DNA of 63,203 nucleotides, counting the filler, from Reticulomyxa filosa (taxonomy: Eukaryota; Protista; Foraminifera): NCBI GenBank assembly GCA_000512085.1. It is 25 parts of 25 records of this genome, joined end to end, with 100 filler letters (N's around TTAATTAATTAA, not from the genome) between each part and the next. Parts side by side here need not be neighbours in the genome. Positions count along the whole stretch, not along the records: positions 25,405 to 28,161 come from ASPP01014058.1; positions 28,262 to 29,406 come from ASPP01025709.1; positions 29,507 to 31,515 come from ASPP01017436.1; positions 31,616 to 35,682 come from ASPP01024414.1; positions 35,783 to 38,856 come from ASPP01009094.1; positions 38,957 to 41,710 come from ASPP01025212.1; 19 more parts are not named here. One strand, 5' to 3'. Every line of letters begins with the position of its first letter. Position 1 is the first letter of the stretch. The notes under the pieces were generated by a model that did not search any database, had not been told where the DNA came from, and saw only the letters and a list, made by a program, of their open reading frames with translations. This document shows, piece after piece, positions 26,196 through 40,561 of the stretch. Position numbers and translations under genes: made by a program.

Positions 26196-26636
26196 TTGAC
26201 TCCTTTTTTCGTTTCCTTCCCCCCTTCCTTCTCAAAGTTTCTCAAGACTAGTTCATTTTGTTACGGGGCTTAAGGCAGATAACTAAACACTGTCATTGAG
26301 CCGAAAGTTTCCAATTTTATTAAAAACCTGAAATTTTTTGACTTTCGTGGAACATTTAAAAAATTAAACAAAAATTTGTGTACTGTGCCTTTTTCATAGA
26401 ATGTTGAATAATCAGTTTGTTTTTTTCCTATTCATCAACTGTATCAAAAAATAAAAAAAAGAAACTAAACTGACAAACAAATGAAGATAGTTTGTTATTT
26501 GAAATAATAAAATTTTTAAAAAACTTTATTTTAAATTTAAAAAAAATTAGAAAAGGGCTTAAGAAACAATAAAAATTATATTGTCAAACACAATGGTTAA
26601 ATTTGGCAATGTAAATATTTTTACCTCTATTTGAAT

Positions 26637-27181
26637 TTAATTTGTTCGTCTTCTCTGTTCTTCCTTAGAGTTTGTCGTCCTGCTCATGCGAATGGTCAAC
26701 AAATCCATCTTCTTCTTCTGAGTCTTCAACGTCAAACATATTTCCGGATCGAGGTTGATATCCTTGAACACGTTTTCTGAAATGGTCCCCATGTGCAAAC
26801 ACAAAAAAAAATAAAAAATAATTGGACTTTCGCTTTCTTTGATTATTTGAGCAAAGTTACATTTGACACCAACACCCACCTGTAGACTTTACGACATGCG
26901 GAATACATCCTTTCGATGCATACACATGCACAGATTAAGCCCACAATCCCAACAATTGGTCCCCAAATCGTACTGCCCGACGGATTGTCTGATTGAACAT
27001 AATCGGGTGTGACTGTTGTGGCGTTACTCGAAATAAATCTTTCAAACTCGTCAAGTGAATTGCATCCTGTCAGCACGTGTACTATACAAACATCAGCGTT
27101 GTCAATTTTTTCATTAGTTGCTTTCTTTTGTTCGATCCAGCCAGAGAAAATATATGCAATATTTGACATGTCAAAGATCAT
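26637..27181 (-). CDS. Hypothetical single-pass membrane protein fragment
   Basis: TIWGPIVGIVGLICACVCI transmembrane segment followed by a basic tail; second exon-like ORF 26637-26790. Confidence 0.4.
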
Positions 27182-29506
27182 GAAAAGTTTTCAGAGAATA
27201 TTATACCAAATACGAATAGAATAGTCCTTGAGGTCAGCATCGTGGTTAATGTTAATTTTTTTTATTTGAAGAAGTTACCCTTCTCTGTACTTGCGTTTCA
27301 AAAGCAACTTCATTTTTTCGTTATTTTTCATATCGAATATGACTTAGTAATTCCGCCAATTATGTGGACATTGAACATTTTTTGTGAACAAAGGAATTAG
27401 CTGAGCATAAGTAGTGGAAATCAATTGTTTAACTGTGTTTTAAGTAATAATTTAAAAAAGAAATAGAGAGTTTGTCAAAAACTGTATTTGGTTTTGAGTG
27501 CAAGGCCGCTAAGAGGGGTCTCAGCGAGAGAAAAAATTCTATCTTGTCATTCTGTTTATGTGAGTGAGGATCGAATTTTGTAGTGAATAAATATAAATTA
27601 ATCCAACATTGATATTTAAGTCCCGATATCTAAGATACTTTTCTTCTATTTTATTTTACATTTTATTCTGTCGTTAGTACCAGCAGCTCAGCGATGGACG
27701 TGAGTTTTCATTTTATTTATTTTGTGTGACTATTAATACAATTGCCCACTTATCAATTTCAATCTGTCTCTCCCCCCCCCCCCCCAAAAAAAATAATAAA
27801 ATAAAATGAACGAAAATGCCACTGGACGGTTTAGTCGACAGATGAGACATGGAAATTAACGAAAGAAGAGATAAGATCGCTATGGAGTAGTGGGGATGAT
27901 GACAAAATAATACCATATGTGACAAATCTACAAGCACTGTTACTACAAAGCAATGATCCACGAAACTGTTTGAGTTGTTTATGTGAGTGCTTTCAATGTT
28001 GCTTAAAAGAGTTGGAAAGCATAAGTCCACCGTGCAAAAACCCAATCAATTACGGAGACATTGGCAAGCCCCCACGGCTGACGTCAAGACAATATTGTTT
28101 TTTGGCGGTTCAGTCCACACTTCCTCTTTTGTTTGGCTTGTACTTTCTTTTTTTTTTTTTTNNNNNNNNNNNNNNNNNNNNNNNNNNNNNNNNNNNNNNN
28201 NNNNNTTAATTAATTAANNNNNNNNNNNNNNNNNNNNNNNNNNNNNNNNNNNNNNNNNNNNTTTTTTTTTTTCTATTTCTCATTGTTATTTTTTTTCATT
28301 TTTCTCCAATGAAATTTCCCCTTTTTTTTTTCCAATAAATTTTCCCATTCTATTTTCTCCCAATTTCCACCCAATTTTCCCTAATCTCTCAAATATAAAT
28401 AAAAATATAAAAAATAAAAAACATTCCAATCATTTTTCTTGACTATTGAACACTATGAATGCAATCATAAATCGAAATAATTTTTTATTTAAAAAAACAA
28501 ACAAAAATATACATTTGCTGATGAGGTAAAAGCTCATTCCAATTATCTATTTTTTTTTCTTTTGTGACAGTGAGGGGGCAAATAAATTTTTATTGATGGG
28601 GGCATGCCTATTGAAAATCACATAATCATTTGATAAAAAAAAATTAAAAAAAAAAACAAAAGATCCAAACTCTTTTATTTTATTTTGAATGCGGGGTGGC
28701 TTCAACCCCAAAATTTTTCTTTGTAGTGAGTTGTGACGGGGACGTATACGTATTTTTTATTTTTTTTGGACGGGCTGAGGCTATAATTGAAAAACAAACA
28801 AAATTAATTATGTAAAAAAATATATATATTTATATACAAATAAATAACAAACCTTTGTTACTCCTTGCGGAGACGGGGGGCCTTACCCCATATTCAAAAT
28901 ATATATTTTTTATTTTGCTGAAAGATGCAATGCATCCAAATAAAAAAATCATCATTTTTTTTTTTATCAAAGTGCGAAGTCTGTTCAAAAAAAAACAAAA
29001 CAACAACACTCTTTTAAGTTGCAAAAGTATTTTAAAAAAGAAAAAAGAAGTACCAGTGCCGATATAGACAGCGATACCACACTAATCACGAACTGTTACG
29101 AAGAGGCACTAAAGAAAAAAAAAAAAGACCTTTTTTCTTAAGTAAGACTAAATACACAACTCATAAACATTTATAAAAAAGATTTAAATTTACAATTTTC
29201 TGTAATATTTTTACAAAACAACTTGAAAAAAGGATTTGCTAAAAATTTTTATTTATTATTTTATTTGTGATTCCAAAAATAGATCATTAAAAATCAAAAA
29301 TTTTTTTTTCGAATAAATCATTGCTTTTTCTTGAGTAATGACTTTTCTCTTTCAGAGAAAAGGTTTTCCCTTTTAGAAAAAGTTCTCTTGAACATTACAA
29401 ATGTGGNNNNNNNNNNNNNNNNNNNNNNNNNNNNNNNNNNNNNNNNNNNNTTAATTAATTAANNNNNNNNNNNNNNNNNNNNNNNNNNNNNNNNNNNNNN
29501 NNNNNN

Positions 29507-30680
29507 TCTCTAAACTTTGACGCCTTGTTTTTGATATTTTTAGCTCGATTTGCAAACTGCAGAGTGCTTAAAGTTTCTGAAAAATTATATAAAGCTGGAC
29601 TAATGTTGGCAATAATCTATTGAAACATAAGATAAAAACTAATGTTATTTGTTGGCAAGTTGTTATATTTTTGGTTTATTTAATTATTAAAAGAAAGCTC
29701 AAAAATTATTTATACATCAGCAGTCATTGAATTTCCTCCCAAACTATCTTGCAATAATTTATTTACATTATAATTTGTTGATACAAATACTTCAGTTCTT
29801 TTATGTTTGGACGTTTTTTTTTCTTCTGTTGTTATAAAAAGTTCTTTTTTTAAAAAAGGGATTGCACATTTTTTTATAAGGAATAAAGTCACTTTTTTCC
29901 ACTAATGCCTTAATAACCATTCCCAAAGAAGTCAATGATAAATTGATACTTCAATCTTTTGTTTCTGAGTTGTCGTTGGCTGCGCTGATAACACCTGCCC
30001 GCTCACTGCCGGCTAGGTCAATTAAATACAATGTAGATACTTACTCAGAAAAGTCAACAGTGTCTTCGCAGTCTAGTTGATGAATGAATCTCCAGTATAC
30101 TGTGAGAACGTGAGCTGTGCTCATTCATTGTTGTTGATTCAACAACCCTTTTGAATTGGCCCAATTAAATCAATGTTTGTAAATCGTCCATTGTGTGAAT
30201 TGGCTCGATTGTCGTATTTTAAGTTGTTTCGGAGCAACATTGTCGAGCTGTAACAAATCTTTTAATCCTTCATTGTAAATTTCCAAAAACGTTAAAGATA
30301 GCTCGTATTTCTTTTTGTCTTTGTCTGCGGAAATGTGTTCGTAAATATATTGAATACTTTGAAATATAACACCTGTAGATTGTTTATCTCAGTAAACTCT
30401 TTTCAACAATAGATTTTGGTCCACTTTCAAAAATTTCCAATTGTTTACTTTTATTGGTCAATACACAATCGAAAGTAAATTGTTTGGTTGTTGCTGAATT
30501 TTTGGATCTCCCTTTCCAAAATATATTCAACAATTAATTTCATGAACAACAACAGAAGTCTTGTCTTTAAATTCGGTGCAAACTTGGGACTTACCAGTGG
30601 CCTTACTCGTACGACCACTATCACTTTGCTTTCTTGCGTACCAAATGAGAGTGAAGGACGATGCCATTTAGCGTTCTGAC
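29507..30680 (-). pseudogene. Kinesin motor-domain pseudogene, copy N
   Basis: VVVRVRPL, YELSLTFLEIYNE, LYLIDLAGSERAG, INLSLTSLGMVIKALV, LLQDSLGGNSMT and [30 protein letters not shown]. The P-loop and start codon are deleted. Confidence 0.95.
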
Positions 30681-31683
30681 TTGTTGCTGAACTTTTTACA
30701 TTCACTTTTGTTGCATTAAACATGTTAACATGTGATTCTTGTATTATTTTTGCTGTCTTAAATATGCTGCTTTTTTTACAATGTGTGAGGTATTACGAGC
30801 AACTTGGCACTAATTTTTTTTTGTTTAGTTAATCAAAAAAGAAGCAATTAAAGGAAGGTGCAAAGTTGTTGATTTTTTTAATTAAATGGAAATTGCGATA
30901 TATCAATATGTGAAAATGTTTGTTTAACACAAAAAAAAAACTCTTCGAAGAATGCAGTCTCTTATTTCTGTGGTGATTAGTCTCGCAGAACTTCTCTTAG
31001 GCTTTATATATATTCCAGTGTTAATTTATTACACATTATTATTGGAAGTTGAAGGTAAATGTTAAATAATTCTAAAAGCAGATAATCTTTTAAGTATGAA
31101 CGCTCTAGTGGGTCCTTTTTTTTTTGCGAAAAGACTTCTTTGTTTATGTTATTGAAAATACAAACTAATTGGATGAGAGATTCTTTTCTTTCATACTATC
31201 ACGTTTCAACACTTATTATTATATTTGCTTTTTTTTTTAGATGATCACAAATACTTTCGTTCACAATTGAAACTAAAATATGAAAATATTTTGATATACA
31301 AATATCAATTACTAAAAAAAGTTGTAATAAATTGAAAAAAAATAATCAATGTTTGAACCAGCGAATAAATAAAATCTGAACTTGGAAAAAAGAAGGGAAA
31401 ACCAAAAAAAATAAATTTAAACGAATTTTAAAAAAACTTTTGAACTGTATTACTTTCAATGTCACTGGAACAGGTACTGTGCAACATGCGCTAACATGTC
31501 TTCCAATTCTTCTTCNNNNNNNNNNNNNNNNNNNNNNNNNNNNNNNNNNNNNNNNNNNNTTAATTAATTAANNNNNNNNNNNNNNNNNNNNNNNNNNNNN
31601 NNNNNNNNNNNNNNNTTAACAAAGAACTTTAAAGTTTTTTTGTTCAGAATAATTTATAAATAATTACGGACTAAAAAAAAAGA

Positions 31684-33400
31684 ATGCCTTACAATGCTTT
31701 TATTTATCTTGAAAAAGAAATGCATAAAGTGACACTTGCTTTCCTGAGATTAAAAAGATTGAAAGAAAAAGTGACAGTGATTATTGGTACAACTAACAGT
31801 AAAGCAAGAGACTGTATACCTTTTAAAATTGCTGATAATAATGGCCAGTATATTACCAGCAACAGAGAATTAAGAATTGCATTCAAAACAAAACCTGTTC
31901 TTTTTTTTATTCATTTTACTCACAGTTTTGTTTATTCTTTTCATTCAATTACTTATTTATCGACAATAACAGCACATTAACAAAAAAGATAACGATGATG
32001 AAAAGAAATATCCAAAAAATGAAAAAAAAGAAAATGAATTCCGCAATATCGTGGAATATAAAAATTTAGACACTGAAATTGATAAAGACGCTTTATGGAA
32101 TAAAGCAAATAAAAAAGCACATAAAATGGTAAATGAAATGATTAATAATAAACAACAAGGAATTGTTGTTGTTGCAACAAACATCGATCAATTAGCAAAA
32201 TCAAATTATCAGTTACCTCAACATGATGTTCCTTTCTCACTGATGATTAATTCAAATCAATACATGAAAAAGAAATTAATATTTGGATCATATTCTGTTT
32301 CTTCATTCCATTCAAAAATAGTTGTATTTGATAATATCACAATTGATGGTTGTATTTATGCTGTTGATTGTATTATTGATGGATTTGGAAATTGTCATAT
32401 TACTCAGCAACTAATTCCTACTAATCCATCTGTTATTCGTTGTCGCTTCCGTTCTAATGTTTTTACTTGTCCTTGGCCTATTGATATAGACAATTTGATG
32501 GAATTGGGAAAAAATTCATTAGATATATCAAAAGTAAATGAGGCAATTCAATTATTTCGTTTTGCACTTTGTTTTAAATTGCAAACATTACATGATTCTC
32601 ATAATAGTGTTGCATTATCTTATTTTTGGTTAGGTAGATCATATAAAGATAAAGGAGAATATGACAAAGCAATTGAATATTATGAAAAAGATTTGAAAAT
32701 TAGTTTGATTACATTGGGATATGATCACATTGATATTGCTGTTTCCTATAACAGTTTGGGAAATGTTTATAAACTTAAAGGGGAATATGATAAAGCAATT
32801 GAATATCATGAAAAAGCATTAAAAATTAAATTAAATAAACTAGGACCTGATCACACTAGTATTGCCGCTTCATACAACAATTTGGGAAATGCTTATGAAA
32901 ATAAAGGAGAATATGATAAAGCAGTTGAATATCATGAAAAATCGTTAAAAATTAAATTAAATAAACTGGGGCCTGGTCACCCTGATGTCGCTATTTCTTA
33001 CAACAATTTAGGAAATATTTATCAAAATAAAGGAAAATATGATAAAGCAATGGAATATCATGAAAAATCATTAAAAATTAAATTAAATAAATTGGGACAT
33101 GATCACATTGATGTCGCTAGTTCATACGATAATTTGGCATTAGCTCATTGTGGCAAACAAGAATATGACAAGGCAATGGAATTTGGAAAGAAGGCACTGG
33201 ATTTGAGATTGAAGAAATTGGATTCTAATCATCCAGATGTTGGTAATTCATGTCATATTTTAGGAGATATCAATTGTAAAAAAGGTGAAAAAATGGAGGC
33301 GATGAAGTGTTATGAAAATACAATGTCGATTTATACTCAAAAATTTGGTGAAAATCATCAAAAGACACAAGAAGTAATGCTAAAATTGAAAAATTTGTAA
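31684..33400 (+). CDS. TPR-repeat protein (42-aa kinesin-light-chain-type TPRs) with N-terminal PB1-like segment
   Basis: Tandem 126-bp units encoding SYNNLGN.Y..KGEYDKA.EYHEK.LKIKLNKLG..H. Exon 1 (31684-~31929) is probably spliced to the 449-aa ORF. Confidence 0.9.
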
Positions 33401-34561
33401 ATGTGTGTTGATTTGTTTAAATAAAGATCATTTGGAAAAAAGAAAATTTTATGTTGTTATTGTTTAGAAAGTGCAGTCAATTTGTAAGGCAAGAAAATCT
33501 TATCAACTCTTTTTATTAAATTTTTCAGGCTGCTTTTTTTTAATTTTCATAAACAAAGCAACGAAAAGAACAAATTAAAAAATCAGATTTTTAGAAGTTT
33601 TATATTATTAAAATGCAAATCAATTATTGAGACTTTACTTGGAAAAAATAAAGAATTGTTTAGTTCATCAATTAAAAAGATCATAGCATTTTGTAGTTTT
33701 GTTAGAAAAATTATTTAAATAGCATAGAAATTAGATATTTTTTCCATTAAAGAACGGTTCTTTTTTCGTCAAAAAAAAAGTAAACATGAATAGTTAGCAA
33801 ATGAATCATTAATCCTATATTTGTTTTTTTTCTTCTGTATTTCATTTGAAGAAGTGGTTTGTGATTCTGAAAATGGACAATCCACTGTCACTGAAATGCC
33901 TCTATATTTGTCTTGGCATTGTATATGAACCAATTTGGTATCACAATTTGTACGATTGATAACATACATGTACAAATATATATTTTTTATAAATTTAAAT
34001 TTTTATATCAAATTTAAATTACAGCAAATAAGGTTGGTGAATTATTTCAAAAAATATCGACATTGCGAATATTACCAGTTTATGATAATCCACATTTCAC
34101 AGTGCATCATCCAAACAGTTTATTTAACACTGGTGCGAAAATGTTTCTTATACATGGATATGAGATAGATGGAGTATTGCCCAATATTTAAATCAAACAT
34201 GCTAATATTATTTTGAAGGTAAGTGATAAATAACAAATGGTTGTTGCTTCCATCTCAACTTCGGGAAACGAAACTTTCAGTTTGAACTGAACTTAACAAA
34301 TTCTCTTTCTTAGGTACAAATGTATTTAACTGAAATGTTTACAAGATTGTCATAAATCGATATGTCAAGTATCATTTTATAGGAAGCTGCATTTAATTTA
34401 TGTTAATTGTGTTTTCATTCAAATATTTTTGCAAATATAATCCTAATTTAAAGTTGATTTAAAAGTTAAGTTTTATTTAAATAATTAATTACCATGAAAA
34501 GTCTCTCTTTTTTCTTTCAAAAGGATCATGTCACCCCTTTATTAAAAAAAAAAATCTTAAC

Positions 34562-35640
34562 ATGGGTAATCGAACTACAGCAAAAACCTCCTGAAAGACA
34601 AACCAAGCAAAATCAACATAGTAGTACTCCAACTATCTTGAAGATATCACCCGCTCCGCTTTATCGAACTCAATGTATACCACACAAACACGAAATTCTC
34701 ATTTGTGGAAGTTATGGGCAAAGGGCTTGTTATTCTTATCATACACTAAAAACGGATACAAGTTTATCTGTAAGTATCCAAGTGATGCTAAATTAGATGG
34801 ACACTATGTAATGAAATTGGTAGATAACAACAGCAAAGATAGCAGTCAAATCACTTTGTTTTCTGTTGGATTTAATTAGTTTGGAAAAAATAAACATACA
34901 TTGATGATGAAATATGTAAGTGTCGGGAGTAATATATCAAACAAATTAGATAAATTAAACAATTACAATAAATGTGTTCCTTTCACAGATAATCACAATC
35001 ATCCAATTATCATTGGAAGAGAGTATGATAATCATTGTGGAATACGTGTAGTGATTGGTGGAAGCAGCAATCATTTGTTGTTTATCACTTATTATCGTTT
35101 TAAAATTAGCTTGTTTGGCTTAAGTACATTTCAATTTATTAAACATGATAAATTACCAACTAATGATGATATATGGTATCATTGCTTTGTATCAAAGTTA
35201 AAAAATAGACAAGGATAAGAAATGATGAAAACAAATAAACAAAATTATCAAACGTTTTGTTTTACAAACGTACAGTATTATCAATTGGAGATGATGAAGA
35301 TAACAATACTTTCAATTTTATCAACTACCTGTTTACGATGATATTGCACCATTCTATGCAATGCATATTGCGTATAAATGATATTATATACCATTTAGTA
35401 GTAATGACTGGATTAATAGTGTTTTTTCAAAATCAGTGCACAAGTATTCAATTTGAGAAAATAAATAGACGGCATTTGAAAATACCTTACCCAGCCCATT
35501 ATTTAATTATATTGCAATATTTAGTGAAAACAATCATATTTACATCATTGAAGGAAGAAATGATAAAAATACAACAATATCAACTCACATGAAGACTAAA
35601 GTGCAAGTATGTGACCATTTACTGTTGTTAATAATTTGTT
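34562..35640 (+). pseudogene. Kelch-like beta-propeller pseudogene
   Basis: PAPLYRTQCIPHKHEILICGSY...CYSYHTLKN, GHYVMKLVD, RVVIGGSSNHLLFITY and IWYHCFV, spread over several frames with stops. Confidence 0.75.
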
Positions 35641-35782
35641 TATTTATTTTGATGAAACACAAATAAATTTGATTGTATGAAANNNNNNNNNNNNNNNNNN
35701 NNNNNNNNNNNNNNNNNNNNNNNNNNTTAATTAATTAANNNNNNNNNNNNNNNNNNNNNNNNNNNNNNNNNNNNNNNNNNNN

Positions 35783-37045
35783 AAAAAAAAAAAAAAAAAA
35801 TACCTTGCCAGGCCTAGGGGGAGGCGGTTGTGGGATTGGTATTTGCCAATAACGTTTCTTGCACTGTGTTGCTCCGGCTTTTTTATACTGATAGCGCATG
35901 AGTTTGCAAAGGAGTTTTTTCCTGTTTTTATTTGGCACATAACACCAAACCTTTGAATTATTCAAAGTATCTTCTTTGCGTTCGACATTAGCATCAACAA
36001 CAATAGCAGTAGCATCTTCTTGTTGTTGTTGTTGTTGTTGGTGTTGTGATTGACTATTACTACTACTATTACTATTACTACTACTACTACTGCACAAATT
36101 TAAATCGATATTTGTAGCATTTTGTTTGTGCAAGCATTGATGGGGATCATGAAATTCAATGTACTTGGACAATATTGCCAAAGCTTCCGAATCGTTTATG
36201 GCCACCACTTTTTTAATGAGTTTGGATAAGTCCACTCTTCGTGGTTCTTTGCGCATACGTAGCAATTGAATATCCAAAGGCAGGTCATTGAAATTCAACA
36301 ACGTGGGGATTTTGGAATAGGGCAATCTGGATTTTGGATAATAGTAATTGTTGCGAACGTAACGTCTATTATCCAAACAATTATTACTGTTATTGTTGTT
36401 AGCAGTAGTTGTAGTAGTAGTAGTAATGGACTTGGTATACGTATCATCAGATTGACCATCGTAAGGATCCTTTTCGACACAATTGATAGAATTGGAATCT
36501 GTATTAGCGAAAACGAAAACAGGAGGAAGAATAGGTGGCTGAAAAGGCGAAAAATCGAAAATGGAAATGGAAGAGAAGGACTGACGCATGGCTTGTTGCT
36601 TTCGATAAGCCGAGTCAAAGAGGAGTTGCATGCGCGAATGTTTCCAAGTGATGTGATGGGGATGTTGTTTTAAAAACTGGGCAAACTTGAAAAGCACAGC
36701 AAACAGTTTTTCATACAGATTTGGTTTCATGGGCCGAAGGAGAGATAGGGCTTGTTCAAACTGCTCCAAGATGGTCTTTGGCTCCGCCGTGCTCTTGGCC
36801 GAGGCAGGGTTTTTCAGCATGTCGTCTACCATCGCGTCAAACTTGTCAATGCATCGAACAAACCAACTTTTACTTGGTGCAGCAAGTGCATGCGGCATTT
36901 GTTTTCGAAACGCGACAAATGATTCCCGACTCATCTCGCGACACATTTCTTTGTGACTCTTTCTTTGATTGTGACGAATGATTTCGATTTTTCTTAATGT
37001 GTCGTCACTTAATAAATTTAAATCTTTCTCTCTTCCTTTATCATT

Positions 37046-37077
<32 letters not shown>

Positions 37078-38810
37078 CATTATTAGTATTATTGTTATCA
37101 TTGTCATCATTATCATCACTATCACTATCATTGTTATTCTCATCGTCATCCCCATTATTGCTATTGCGACAATGCTTTTTCTTGCTTTGCATTTGACTCC
37201 TTTTCACGAGTTGTCGATACACTGTGATATTCCTTGGCCGCTTGCACGCTGGCTCGGTGCTGCCGTCGCTATCGTCGTTGCTCCTGCATTCAGCCAGCTT
37301 TCGCTTCAGACGTGTCGTCCGGTGCTTCCTTTCCAGTTTCTGTCGCTCGTTGCACGTCTCAATTTCGTGTTTCCACGTGTCCAATTGGGCTTGCGAACAT
37401 CGTCTCCCTTCCAACATCCTCCGCATCAACGATTCCTCTTCCTTCGGCTTCGCTATGCCTTCCGTTTGCTTCTTCGTCACTTTGTCCCTTTGCTTTGTGT
37501 CTTCCGTTTCGTCGTTTTTTCCATTATCACAACTCGCTTCATTCCATTGGAGCACTGAACATGTTTCCATTGTCTGAGAGTTTCTTTTTTTTTTTTTTTA
37601 AAAAAAAAAACTTTTATGTTTTGTTTTTGTTGTTGCTTTTTCCTCTTTCTCTCTCCCCTTCTCCCCCCCCCCCCTGAAGAAACAAAGCAATAAAAGCATG
37701 AAAAACACTTGCAGTGTGCATTGGTATTGCTCGATGGATTAACAATGATTGGCGGTGATACAGCTGCATTTGTCGCATTGCAAACACCATTGACATTGCT
37801 TGCCTTTGCTTTCAAGTTCGTATGTCCGTTCATATGTCCACATCCGTCATTTGGTAGCGTGTTCTCTTATTACATACATACATACATACATACATAAAAG
37901 AGGTTGATACTCAAAAAAAAAAATATCTCTTCTTTTTCTTACCCCCCCCACCCCTATGGCATTTTTTTTTTTCTCCCTCTTCCTCTTCCTCTTCCTCATC
38001 ATCATCATATTTCTTTAAATAAAAAAAGATACCTAAAAAATGAAAGTTGGAATTAGAAACAGGGGCAAGGAGATGGTCAGTTTGTTGGAGATGAAACGGA
38101 TGGGAGGGCGGAGATGTGGCCATTTGAGTGACTGTCATGTTGTCGTTGTGATGGATTTCAATCCGCTTGGTGTCGAAACGGCTTTTCCTTGGTGTCACTG
38201 TGGTCATGCTATCCAAGCTATGATTGCGACGTAAGCTGCCGCCATTCATGTAGCGGTGATGATGACGGTGATTATTATGATTGTGATTGTGATTGTGATT
38301 ATGGCTATGGTTATGGTTATGGTTATGATTGTTGTGATTGTGATTATTGTGATAATACATCGAACAAGAATTGTTAGATTCTATTGATTCACAACTTTTC
38401 ACAGGATTCAATCCTACATTTATTTGATATTTTTTTTAATTTTATTTTAATGTAAATGTCATATTCTCAAAATGCACTTTAACATTGTCACATTAGTTTA
38501 ATATAAAATATACATATGTATGTGTGTATATATTTATATTATATATGCATACACTTGATTTGCACACCTTTGACAAAGGTCGGTTGGATATGAGCCATCC
38601 TCGGATGGCCAAAGTGACTTTGTATCACTGCTGTCATGGCAGCTGCTGATGGTGTGAACGAGTATGGAGGGAACGAGCGTCCCTGATGGTACACTGGATT
38701 TGAAAGTGCATTACATGAATGGATTACTGTATGTGGAACGTTGTTTGGCTGTCCATACACTGCTATTGAGTGGGGGCCAGAACCAATGTCTCCTTGATGT
38801 TGCATTCTTT
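35783..38810 (-). CDS. Large multi-exon low-complexity hypothetical protein (His/Asn, Asp/Asn, Ser and Gln tracts), truncated at both ends
   Basis: ~600-aa open exon 35800-37573 plus upstream exon-like ORFs 37710-37870, 38030-38411 and 38570-38805 separated by GT-AG, microsatellite-rich gaps. Confidence 0.7.
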
Positions 38811-38821
38811 ATTTTATTTTT

Positions 38822-38856
<35 letters not shown>

Positions 38857-38956
38857 NNNNNNNNNNNNNNNNNNNNNNNNNNNNNNNNNNNNNNNNNNNN
38901 TTAATTAATTAANNNNNNNNNNNNNNNNNNNNNNNNNNNNNNNNNNNNNNNNNNNN

Positions 38957-39403
38957 GTTTACTGTATCAGCATACATTTGTTTACATTCCATCCAATTTT
39001 CTAAAATAGTTGCTCTATCGATTCGCGTACCAAATAATTCTAATAACTTCAATAAATTATTTTGCTGCTCAATCGTGGTCCTATGATTGTATGAAATTTG
39101 TTGAATATTGCATTTTGTTCTCTGTTTTTAAAAAAAAGAAAATAACTCGTTGTGTGTGATAAAATCAAGGACGTCCCTTGTCTCATCCAAATCTTCATGA
39201 CAACACCGCCAAATTTTCAAAATGACATCCTTTTTTATGCCCGGAAAGGATTGCTCAAGACGTGAGAACATTTCACAAATGATCAGGAGCTAATTCTCTA
39301 ATTTTTTTTTTTTTGAAATTACCTGAACCTCAAGTGGCTCCGTTTTCGAATCCAAGAGAAAAAAGATCAAATTAGATTATGGATTTGTATTTGAAATGGA
39401 CAT
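38957..39403 (-). CDS. Second member of the CUE-repeat family (paralogue of 6062-6981), truncated, possibly pseudogene
   Basis: MFSRLEQSFPGIKKDVILKIWRCCHEDLDETRDVL, then TTIEQQNNLLKLLELFGTRIDRATILENW, collinear with the 6.5-6.85 kb copy. Confidence 0.6.
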
Positions 39404-39769
39404 TCTGATTTCAAATTTTTTTGTCTTAAGGTATGATTTATGGACAAACTAAATAGCAAAACACTAAATCAACATTTTGATTTAGGATTTGTTATATTTC
39501 ATCGAGAAAATCAATATTGGAAAATTAAGGAGACATTGAAGTTTTTTTCACAGTTACAAGGGGCAAAAGTTAACATAAAGGGGGTGGCAACGTCACAACT
39601 AGTACACTTTCTTTAACATTACAATGCCATATTTATTTTTCTTTGTAACAAACATAACGAAATTTCATGTGTGTAATGGACTAGTCCGAAAACGAAACAA
39701 AAGCAATATTTCAAAATTAGCTTGAACTCACAATTTGGTCAGATTCTTTAAATATGTTATGTTATCTTT

Positions 39770-40200
39770 TTTTCCAAATCAAACGATTTTGTATACTATA
39801 AGATTTTCGGTAGATTCTGTAAGATTGCATTACCATCAAGCGATAAAACAGTTTGAATATTTGGATTTGTTTATCTGATATGCATCGCCATATTTAAAGG
39901 ACATTGGAATTGGGCCAGTGTTGCAGAATTTTTACCATATGTGCTTATATGACAATAAAATTTAACTGTGAGATATCAATTTGATAAAAAAGTGTTGATA
40001 TTGAAAGGACATTTAGATAAAGTATGGAGTGCAAATGTTTCACCAAATCAATTTCTGTAAATGATTTGAAACATTTTTCACATGATCAAACGATTGTGTT
40101 ATGTTCAAGTGATTTTACAATTCGATTATGGGATGTAAAAACAGAGAATGAAAGTATGTAGATATTACGCTTGATGCAAGGTTTGGGGATGACAAGACAA
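39770..40200 (+). pseudogene. WD40-repeat remnant
   Basis: ILKGHLDKVWSANVSP and FSHDQTIVLCSSDFTIRLWDVKT. Confidence 0.75.
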
Positions 40201-40561
40201 TAAAAAACAAATAAAGAATTGCAAAATAGTTTCTAAAAATAAAAAGATTAATACAACAGAAAGCAAATTTTTTCTAGAGGTGAAAGCGCCAAAAGTGCTT
40301 CAATTGTACTAAACCTCGTTTTATTCACAATGTGCATATGCATCTGATTTATTTGTTTTGTTTTCACACGCTTTGCGCTGTGGCCCGATAAAAAAGCGAA
40401 TTTTTTTTTGAAGAATAAGCATCACATGGAAAACTAAAACTCTGTTTATGTTACTAGTAGCAAAGCAAAAACGAGTAGCCAGAAACCAAAACTCATTTCA
40501 AAAAAAAAAAGATTATCAAAATATCGGAACTTTTCAAAGAAGGAACTAAACAAAAGTAAGC

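Noticed and set aside
28560-28900. G-run-rich non-coding stretch resembling a transposon end
   Set aside because: No second copy, matching TIR or target duplication was found in the window.
32610-33250. 126-bp tandem repeats as CRISPR or satellite
   Set aside because: They are in-frame TPR-coding repeats without unique spacers.
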